The position numbers were made by a program, and so were the translations under genes. 64,000 nt of DNA from an uncultured Gammaproteobacteria bacterium (lineage in GTDB: Bacteria > Patescibacteriota > Patescibacteriia > Magasanikbacterales > UBA922): assembly GCA_964394405.1 (NCBI GenBank), contig CAYMVY010000001.1:494633-558632 (forward strand). Reading direction: 5' to 3'. The notes under the pieces are model-generated. The model was not told the origin of the DNA. It worked only from the letters and a program-made list of their open reading frames with translations, and did no database searches. Positions 57,377 through 64,000 of this stretch are shown piece after piece; the stretch's first letter is position 1; every line of letters starts with the position of its first letter.

Positions 57377-58869
57377 AGTCGGGGGAGTGTTTTTAAAATG
57401 ACATCAATAGTCATATAGGGTCCTCGGTGGAATTTTTTTCCTACGATGTATATACCAAGACCGTATAGTAGGAAATAAAGTATTGTGAGGACGATTAGTA
57501 TGTAGAGGGGTAGCTGCATGAGAGTGTCTTTAAAAATCGCAAGGGGGGTCATGAGTCCTCCTGCAAGCAGGAGGGGGAAACCAATGCGGATAAAAATATT
57601 CCAATAAGTGATGCGAGTCAATGACTGTATATAGTGAAGGGTAAAGAAGAAGGTGGGCAAGAAGCCGAGTAACAGTGCGAGTGGAGCTCCATTAATTCCG
57701 TATCGAGGGGTGATATAGAGCAATAATATGAGGGAAATAATTATCTTTACGATATCAAGTTTTACTTTTTTGTCAGGGTATCCGATTCCACTTAATAATT
57801 TTGCACAAATATCAGTCATGTAACTCAATGTGAAATAAAGGAGTAGTATACGCAAGGCAAAAGTAATCGGAAGCCAAGGTTCTCCAAGCAGGACCAAGAC
57901 CAGTTTTCCTCCAGCAATTTGTATAAATAGGATAATAGGTAGGGTGACGACAAATAGGAGGTCTAAGCTTTTTTTAAATCCATCGGCAATTTTTTCTGGA
58001 GAATCTTTGATGCGTGCAAATGCGGGGAATGCAATCATTGAAATTATTGAGGAGATAAAACCGGGACCAATTGATGCAAGATTTTTCGCCTTACTATATA
58101 AACCAACCGCCGAGGTATTGGTTGAACGTGCAATAATTGAACTTTCGGCAAATGAATATATTTGGTCTCCCAACACCTGCCCAGTTACCCATTTACCGTA
58201 TCCGATAAGTTCTTTTAAAATTTTAAATTGAAAAGTAATGCGTGGTCGATAGGGGTGGAGCACGTAGCTGGCAATCATTTCGGTGAGATAGAGTGCTAGA
58301 TTACCGATAATGAGAGCGAGGTATGAACGCAGGAAATATGCTGAAATAACAGTCACAATTGAATAGGCGATTGCCCGAGCTGTATTGCGGATAAATATTT
58401 TTTTGAAATCAAGATCTTTGGTAAACCAAATTTCTCCGATATTGGTGAATTGTCGGATAAGAATGAAAACTCCACCAAGACGGATAACCCATGTGTATTC
58501 TTCTACATGGTAGAATGTTGCAATGAATGGTCCGGCAATAAAGACCAGAAGACAGATTACAATGCCGCGTAACACATTAACGGTCCAGATTGCATTAAGA
58601 TATTTTTCGACGCTTCCACCTTTTTGTATTGCCGCGGTTGCAAGCCCGTGTTCACTGGTAGTTTGGAGGAACCGTGGCACGAGCAAAACAATACTTGCAA
58701 TACCAAATTGTTCTGGAGTGAGAATTCGGGCAAGAATAAAAAAGGGCAGGATTGCGACTGCTTTTTGGATGATATAGTCTATCATGAGCCATTTGCCTGC
58801 TCGGATAGACTTCTGAAGCACGCCCTCAGGCGCTGAATTTTGTGTAGAATTAGAGGTATTCATTACCAT
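57373..58869 (-). CDS. wzx: Wzx-type oligosaccharide/polysaccharide flippase (MOP superfamily).
   Basis: It is about 498 aa with 12-14 transmembrane helices. The N-terminal region (IQKAVAILPFFILARILTPEQFGIASI) is typical of Polysacc_synt flippases. Confidence 0.7.
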   Translation of the reverse strand: MVMNTSNSTQNSAPEGVLQKSIRAGKWLMIDYIIQKAVAILPFFILARILTPEQFGIASIVLLVPRFLQTTSEHGLATAAIQKGGSVEKYLNAIWTVNVLRGIVICLLVFIAGPFIATFYHVEEYTWVIRLGGVFILIRQFTNIGEIWFTKDLDFKKIFIRNTARAIAYSIVTVISAYFLRSYLALIIGNLALYLTEMIASYVLHPYRPRITFQFKILKELIGYGKWVTGQVLGDQIYSFAESSIIARSTNTSAVGLYSKAKNLASIGPGFISSIISMIAFPAFARIKDSPEKIADGFKKSLDLLFVVTLPIILFIQIAGGKLVLVLLGEPWLPITFALRILLLYFTLSYMTDICAKLLSGIGYPDKKVKLDIVKIIISLILLLYITPRYGINGAPLALLLGFLPTFFFTLHYIQSLTRITYWNIFIRIGFPLLLAGGLMTPLAIFKDTLMQLPLYILIVLTILYFLLYGLGIYIVGKKFHRGPYMTIDVILKTLPRL

Positions 58870-59011
58870 GTAAGAATGTATAATTCTCTTCTAGAATAAC
58901 AAAAAAAACACTCGAAGTCAATGTGATTTATAACGAACGCGTATATATTGACTATACCTGAGTGTTGGTGGTATTATCCTAGGGTAAAAATCATTCAATC
59001 CATGACAATCT

Positions 59012-59818
59012 ATGGCAGGTACTAACGCAAATGCATTTTTTTTACAGAAATTGGTCGAAAGAAAAAAACATCGAGCAACTGCTTTAGTTAGTCACGCGCT
59101 ATTGTCGATGGGAAGTATTGGATATTATATGAATGGTGAGCTGGGTTGGAAAACACGGCTTTTTATTTACAACCATTTCGCCTTATTGAATGATGATAAT
59201 TTCGGGGTATTCTGGGAAGCACTATTCTATTCAAAAGATGGTAGACTTCTTGCACGAAAAGAAGGAAAATTTACTGGACCAGAGACAAAAATGATCGAAG
59301 TGGCTGATATAGGTGAACTTGATACCTATGGAATTGTAGTGGTACACATCAAGGATGCAGACCAGAAATATATGCTCCATGATCTATATTCTTCGGTATT
59401 TTATACGCAGTATTACTTGCCAGGAACAACACAGACCGTGATGGCACACTGTCTCTCTGGAGCTCCAAAGGCTAGTCACTACACCGTAAATCATATGAGT
59501 ACGAGTTGGGTTACTCCAGCAGGATTCCGACCATATCTGTTTTTGGCAAATTCATGCCGTTTTCAGAAAATCCTCCACAGACCATGCGGACGAGCTGATA
59601 TCACATTCATCAATCATGAGGGCAAGAAAAAAACAATCACCCTTCCTCCATTCAAAGGATTGGTATGTTTAAAGATTGATTTATTTGAAAAATATCCTGA
59701 ATTACGAGAGCATCTAGGCGTCAAGCCTTATGCAATGAAAGTAGTCGGAAAGAATATTTTACATAAGCCATTTTTGCTCCAGACAGATGGTAAGGTGGCG
59801 ATTGGCGAACATTTATAA
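59012..59818 (+). CDS. Hypothetical soluble protein with no recognisable motif.
   Basis: It is a complete 268-aa ORF inside the glycan cluster. Confidence 0.4.
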   Translation: MAGTNANAFFLQKLVERKKHRATALVSHALLSMGSIGYYMNGELGWKTRLFIYNHFALLNDDNFGVFWEALFYSKDGRLLARKEGKFTGPETKMIEVADIGELDTYGIVVVHIKDADQKYMLHDLYSSVFYTQYYLPGTTQTVMAHCLSGAPKASHYTVNHMSTSWVTPAGFRPYLFLANSCRFQKILHRPCGRADITFINHEGKKKTITLPPFKGLVCLKIDLFEKYPELREHLGVKPYAMKVVGKNILHKPFLLQTDGKVAIGEHL

Positions 59819-59824
59819 AAACGT

Positions 59825-61522
59825 ATGTGGCGTGATCTATTTAGCGTAAAAGACAAATGCATTTTTTCAACCTATGTCCATGTATTACCAGGGCAGAGGA
59901 CATCGTTTTGTTATGTAAATGACGGAAAGTATCGTGAGCGAATTGTCGGGCTATTACTACTACCCTCAGGAGAACTTGCGCCTGGTCTTGCTCCAATTGT
60001 GAGGGAGATTGGTCCAGGCGAGGTATTTGAAGTCGATGCCAATGAGGAGCTCAGACGTGTTGGAATTACTAGTTTTGAAGGAAGTTTTCTTGCATTACTT
60101 TCAAATGTCAATCCACTTGAACCATTTGATATTTCGACCAAGGATCATGTAACCATGTGGGTTTCTGATAAAAGTCAGGTGCAGATTGTTACTGCTGGAA
60201 ATAAAAATATCAATGTTCCGGGTCAAGGAGCAAAAAAAAGTTTTTGCATGTTTTGTTCAGCGATTCTTGAAACTCCAGAAATACAAACCAGGGTCATGAT
60301 TTTCAATCACTCAACTGAAGGAAATTACACTGACACAATAACGATCACACCTCGATTGCACAATATGAATGGAGAAACGATCGAGGGTCAAGCTTTGTCG
60401 GTTGCACCTTTTGGGTGTGCAATAATTAATGTGGATCAGTTTTTTGGAGAAAAAGGAAAAGGACTGTTATCTAAAACAGAAGGGCGCGGGACACTCTCAG
60501 TTATCCATCAGGGTCACACCATGGGGTCGTTATTTTTCCATGTTGACCGCCCAAGCGGCGCGCTCCAGAGTGGGCAACACACACAGCCAGTCGTGCCTGC
60601 TATTTTCTTTCAACCAACGTATAATTATTGGGTGGAGTGGGTTGGAACACATATTCCATTAATGGGTTGGGTTATTCCTGCAGTGAGCTTCTTGAGGCAC
60701 CGTCGTTCAGTGTTGGCTACCTTCTACCCACATCATTCGAATTATGTGCCCTCGTTAATTGCATACATACGTCAATCGCGATGGGTAATATATTTCAAAA
60801 TGATGTTTCGTGCGCTGTATTTTCTTATAAAGCGTAGATTTCATATTGACGAAATGCGTTTCAGTGGTGAGAATGAACATAATGAATATGTGATTCAGCA
60901 CAATCTCTGGAATAATTTGAAATTATTTCAATTTAGCCGTGCGCGCATTGAATACCTCATGTACCCATTACTCAGTATCCCAGAAGTTCAGCTAAAAGGA
61001 AAAATGCTCTGTATCGGGCCAAAAAATGAAGGGGAAATTCTACTCCTTGAAGCGCATGGATTTAAAGAGGTAATTGGAATTGATCTCTTCACCTATACCC
61101 CAAAGATTTTGCTCATGGACATGCATGAGATGACGTTCCCGGACAATTCTTTTGATACAGTATTCTCTGGTGCTGTAGTCAGGTACTCATACGATATCAA
61201 AAAAGTAGTTTCAGAAATGATTAGGGTAGCAAAAGATGGTGCTATGATTGTATGCAGTTTTGGTCTTTTTCCACCCGACGAGGAACTCGAATTTTGTGCG
61301 ACTCCATTATATGGCGGTATCGGGGAGTTATTGCAGTTATTTGGAAATAGTGTAGGACATGTATATTGGTGGAATGAAGGGCAGGTGCCGGGGAAACGAA
61401 GTAGAATTTGTTCGGTTATTTTCAAGCTTAACAAAAAAGGTTCTCCAATTGATGTGAGAGATAATAACTATTCTCGCATTGCAGTACAGGGTGTGTCTAC
61501 ACAGCAGCTTTCATTTCGCTAG
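59825..61522 (+). CDS. Two-domain protein. The N-terminal domain is unknown. The C-terminal domain is a class I SAM-dependent methyltransferase (type 11-like).
   Basis: C-terminal methyltransferase motifs are present: GKMLCIGPKNEGE (motif I-like), DTVFSGAVV, VAKDGAMIV. Confidence 0.55.
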   Translation: MWRDLFSVKDKCIFSTYVHVLPGQRTSFCYVNDGKYRERIVGLLLLPSGELAPGLAPIVREIGPGEVFEVDANEELRRVGITSFEGSFLALLSNVNPLEPFDISTKDHVTMWVSDKSQVQIVTAGNKNINVPGQGAKKSFCMFCSAILETPEIQTRVMIFNHSTEGNYTDTITITPRLHNMNGETIEGQALSVAPFGCAIINVDQFFGEKGKGLLSKTEGRGTLSVIHQGHTMGSLFFHVDRPSGALQSGQHTQPVVPAIFFQPTYNYWVEWVGTHIPLMGWVIPAVSFLRHRRSVLATFYPHHSNYVPSLIAYIRQSRWVIYFKMMFRALYFLIKRRFHIDEMRFSGENEHNEYVIQHNLWNNLKLFQFSRARIEYLMYPLLSIPEVQLKGKMLCIGPKNEGEILLLEAHGFKEVIGIDLFTYTPKILLMDMHEMTFPDNSFDTVFSGAVVRYSYDIKKVVSEMIRVAKDGAMIVCSFGLFPPDEELEFCATPLYGGIGELLQLFGNSVGHVYWWNEGQVPGKRSRICSVIFKLNKKGSPIDVRDNNYSRIAVQGVSTQQLSFR

Positions 61523-61537
61523 AATGAAAATTTCTAT

Positions 61538-62650
61538 ATGAAAATTTGCTTTATTCTAGGCACACGGCCAGAAATTATCAAGTTAAGTCCGCTCATGAGA
61601 GAATGTGAGCGTCTTGGTATTGAATATTTTATGGTCCATACGGGTCAACACTACTCCTATGAAATGGATCAATTATTTTATGAGCAATTAGGATTGATAG
61701 ATCCACATCACAATCTTGCTATCAAATCAGCGTCACCCTTCCTACAGTCAGAACATACGGGGCGCATGCTGATTGATATTGAAAAGATATTACTTGATAA
61801 AATTCCTGATATTGTAATGGTTGAGGGAGATACCAATACCGTACTTGCTGCCGCAATTTGTGTGAACAAGTTGCGCACCAAGCCAATTAATATGGCGATC
61901 AGACTTGCGCATGTAGAAGCAGGACTTCGGAGCTATGATCGTACTATGACGGAAGAGATCAATCGAGTGCTTGCAGACCACATGTCTGATTTTTTGTTTG
62001 CACCAAGTGCGGTTGCGAAAGAATATATGCTGAAAGAAGCGATCGATGAGCACAAAATTCATATAACAGGTAATTCAATTGTTGATGCAGTGTATCATTA
62101 TAGAGATAGGGCAGAACAATCTACAATTCTCAAAGATCTAGGATTAGAAAAGCAGCAGTATTTTTTTGCAACTGCGCATCGTCAAGAAAATGTTGATGAT
62201 CCTGAGAGACTTCGAGGAATTATAGACGGCTTAGAACTCGTTTCAAAAACGTTTGGCGTACCTGTCATCTATCCGATTCATCCTCGTACACAAAAAATGT
62301 TACATGAATTTGGCATATCGTTGCCATCGGGTATTCGAGCGATCGACCCAGTCGGGTTTTTCGAATCATTATGTTTACAGATGAACGCACGTCTTATTTT
62401 GACTGATTCTGGTGGAGTTCAGGAAGAAGCGAGTGTGTTGCACGTACCATGCGTCACTCTCCGTGATAATACAGAGAGACCGGAGACTGTTGCTGCAGGG
62501 TACAATATTCTTGTTGGGACTGATCCTAAAAAAATTCTTGCAGGAGTAAAAGAAATGCTTAGTCGCACATATGAATGGAGAGACTTGTATGGTGATGGGA
62601 CTGCTGCTGAAAAAATGGTGGCTATTCTTAAAGGCGCAATGCATATATGA
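61538..62650 (+). CDS. wecB: UDP-N-acetylglucosamine 2-epimerase (non-hydrolysing).
   Basis: Motifs present: MKICFILGTRPEIIKLSPL ... VHTGQHY ... VEGDTNTVLAAA ... HVEAGLRSYDRTMTEEINR. Confidence 0.85.
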   Translation: MKICFILGTRPEIIKLSPLMRECERLGIEYFMVHTGQHYSYEMDQLFYEQLGLIDPHHNLAIKSASPFLQSEHTGRMLIDIEKILLDKIPDIVMVEGDTNTVLAAAICVNKLRTKPINMAIRLAHVEAGLRSYDRTMTEEINRVLADHMSDFLFAPSAVAKEYMLKEAIDEHKIHITGNSIVDAVYHYRDRAEQSTILKDLGLEKQQYFFATAHRQENVDDPERLRGIIDGLELVSKTFGVPVIYPIHPRTQKMLHEFGISLPSGIRAIDPVGFFESLCLQMNARLILTDSGGVQEEASVLHVPCVTLRDNTERPETVAAGYNILVGTDPKKILAGVKEMLSRTYEWRDLYGDGTAAEKMVAILKGAMHI

Positions 62651-63879
62651 GTACTATCTGTATTGTCGGTCTTGGGTATATTGGTTTTCCAACTGCGCTC
62701 CTTCTCGCTCGCGCAGGACACCAAGTCTTTGGGTATGATGTCAATGCTGAAAAAATTGCAAGATTAGAAAAGGGGGTTATGCCATTTGAAGAAACAGGAC
62801 TTCATGAATTATGGGTAGAAGCACACCATAATTTTTTTCCAAAAACTGAAATGGTGAGCGCGGAAATATATGTGATTGCAGTGCCGACACCAGTCACTAC
62901 TGATAAAAAGTGCGATTTGTCATATGTGCAAAAAGCAACAGAAGCTGTTGCAGGTGTCATACAAAAAGGATCACTCGTCATACTTGAATCAACTGTATCG
63001 CCTGGGACTACAGAAGAATTGGTCGGTCATATAATTGAACAAAAAACAGGGTTTGTTAAAGGAAAAGATTTTTATCTCGGGTATGTCTCAGAAAAAGCTA
63101 TTCCAGGTAACACACTTCATGAAATGATTCACAATGACCGCATTATCGGTGGGTACAACCCAGAAAGTACAGAAAAAACCAGAAGAATATATATGAGTTT
63201 TGTGGAAGGGGTGATACACGTCACCGATTGCAAGACCGCAGAGACAGTGAAATTGGTAGAAAATGCATACCGTGATGTGAATATTGCATTTGCAAATGAG
63301 CTTGCAAAAATGAGTGCTTCGCTTGGTATGAATGTGTGGGAAATTATTCGGCTTGCAAATAAACATCCCCGAGTGAATGTACATGCGCCAGGACCTGGAG
63401 TGGGTGGGCATTGTATCGCACTCGATCCGTGGTTTCTGGTAGAACACGACCCAAATCAGCCAACTTTGATACCGCATGCCCGCGAGGTCAACGACCATAT
63501 GCCTGAATATGTAGTTGCTGCAGTGAAGAAGCTGGCGGAAAAGCATGGAACTAAAAAGATTGGTATACTAGGAGTGGCGTATAAGAAGAATGTTGATGAT
63601 GCGAGAGAGACTCCTGCAATACCTATTATAGTAGGTTTGGAAAAAATGGGGTTCGAGGTATGTGCGCATGATCCATGGGTGAAAGATTTTTCTTTCCCTC
63701 TGGTTTCATTTGAAACACTCATGAATAATGTTGAAGCGCTGGTCATAATCACTGATCATGATAGTTTTAAGAATATGGAGTTTAACAATCAAGCGAAGTG
63801 GTTGTTGGACACCAGAGGGCTATATGAAAATAATAAGGATATTGGCGTAGAATATTATTTACTCGGAAGAGAAATCTAA
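62647..63879 (+). CDS. wecC: UDP-N-acetyl-D-mannosamine / UDP-sugar 6-dehydrogenase (nucleotide-sugar dehydrogenase family).
   Basis: Motifs present: ICIVGLGYIGFPTALLLA and a catalytic Cys region GPGVGGHCIALDP. It is adjacent to wecB. Confidence 0.75.
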   Translation: MSTICIVGLGYIGFPTALLLARAGHQVFGYDVNAEKIARLEKGVMPFEETGLHELWVEAHHNFFPKTEMVSAEIYVIAVPTPVTTDKKCDLSYVQKATEAVAGVIQKGSLVILESTVSPGTTEELVGHIIEQKTGFVKGKDFYLGYVSEKAIPGNTLHEMIHNDRIIGGYNPESTEKTRRIYMSFVEGVIHVTDCKTAETVKLVENAYRDVNIAFANELAKMSASLGMNVWEIIRLANKHPRVNVHAPGPGVGGHCIALDPWFLVEHDPNQPTLIPHAREVNDHMPEYVVAAVKKLAEKHGTKKIGILGVAYKKNVDDARETPAIPIIVGLEKMGFEVCAHDPWVKDFSFPLVSFETLMNNVEALVIITDHDSFKNMEFNNQAKWLLDTRGLYENNKDIGVEYYLLGREI

Positions 63880-63880
63880 T

Positions 63881-64000
63881 ATGGAGCTTACAAATAAAAA
63901 AATACTCATCACTGGGGGGGCAGGTGCAATTGGAAGTAGGCTCTGTGAAGGGCTTATTGATCGTGGTTGTACAGATATTACAGTTCTTGATGACCTGAGC
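63881..64000 (+). CDS. NAD-dependent epimerase/dehydratase; the 3' end is cut off by the window edge.
   Basis: The translation MELTNKKILITGGAGAIGSRLCEGLIDRGCTDITVLDDLS has a GxxGxxG Rossmann motif. The ORF is still open at the window edge. Confidence 0.6.
   Translation, partial: MELTNKKILITGGAGAIGSRLCEGLIDRGCTDITVLDDLS

Noticed and set aside
1-64000. Structural RNA genes such as tRNA, rRNA, tmRNA and RNase P.
   Set aside because: No cloverleaf-compatible segments with conserved tRNA boxes or rRNA-like conserved blocks were recognised in the intergenic regions by eye. A covariance-model scan would be needed for certainty.

Overview
This is a low-GC bacterial contig, about 40% GC overall with AT-rich intergenic DNA. 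The gene content and style suggest a Patescibacteria/CPR-like organism, but that is inference only. It is dominated by a very large cell-surface glycan or protein-glycosylation island running from about 23.5 to 64 kb. The island holds many GT4 and GT2 glycosyltransferases, at least four ArnT/PMT-like GT-C membrane transferases and a Wzx flippase. It also holds one of the window's two Wzy_C/O-antigen-ligase-family proteins (the one fused to TPR repeats); the other lies in the 6.4-11.2 kb module described below. Nucleotide-sugar genes are present for UDP-xylose (UXS), GDP-6-deoxyhexose (Gmd plus an Rmd-like reductase), a dTDP/CDP-deoxyhexose branch (4,6-dehydratase, an RfbH-like enzyme, an RmlC-like epimerase) and UDP-ManNAcA (WecB, WecC). 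Two DegT-type aminotransferases, two AsnB-like amidotransferases and a methyltransferase complete the set. Directly upstream sit an ECF sigma factor, a putative anti-sigma protein and a 1249-aa S-layer-like secreted protein, so the island may glycosylate that protein. The first 16 kb is more unusual. It carries four GC3-rich genes (roughly 60-65% GC, against about 40% around them) for Cys/Asp-rich secreted lipoproteins. These contain Myxococcus-type cysteine repeats, thrombospondin type-3 calcium-binding repeats and a DNDCDG motif, and their flanks are AT-rich. One of them contains a perfect 156-bp in-frame tandem duplication. A glycan-gene module of O-antigen ligase, GT4 and a glycoside-hydrolase/FG-GAP protein (about 6.4-11.2 kb) is bracketed by a small terminal-inverted-repeat element carrying a four-helix-bundle (23S rRNA IVS-protein family) gene and by an inverted, internally deleted MITE-like copy of the same element. 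No rRNA, tRNA, CRISPR array or reverse transcriptase was seen. All functional calls come from recognisable motifs read from the translations; no database searches were run.
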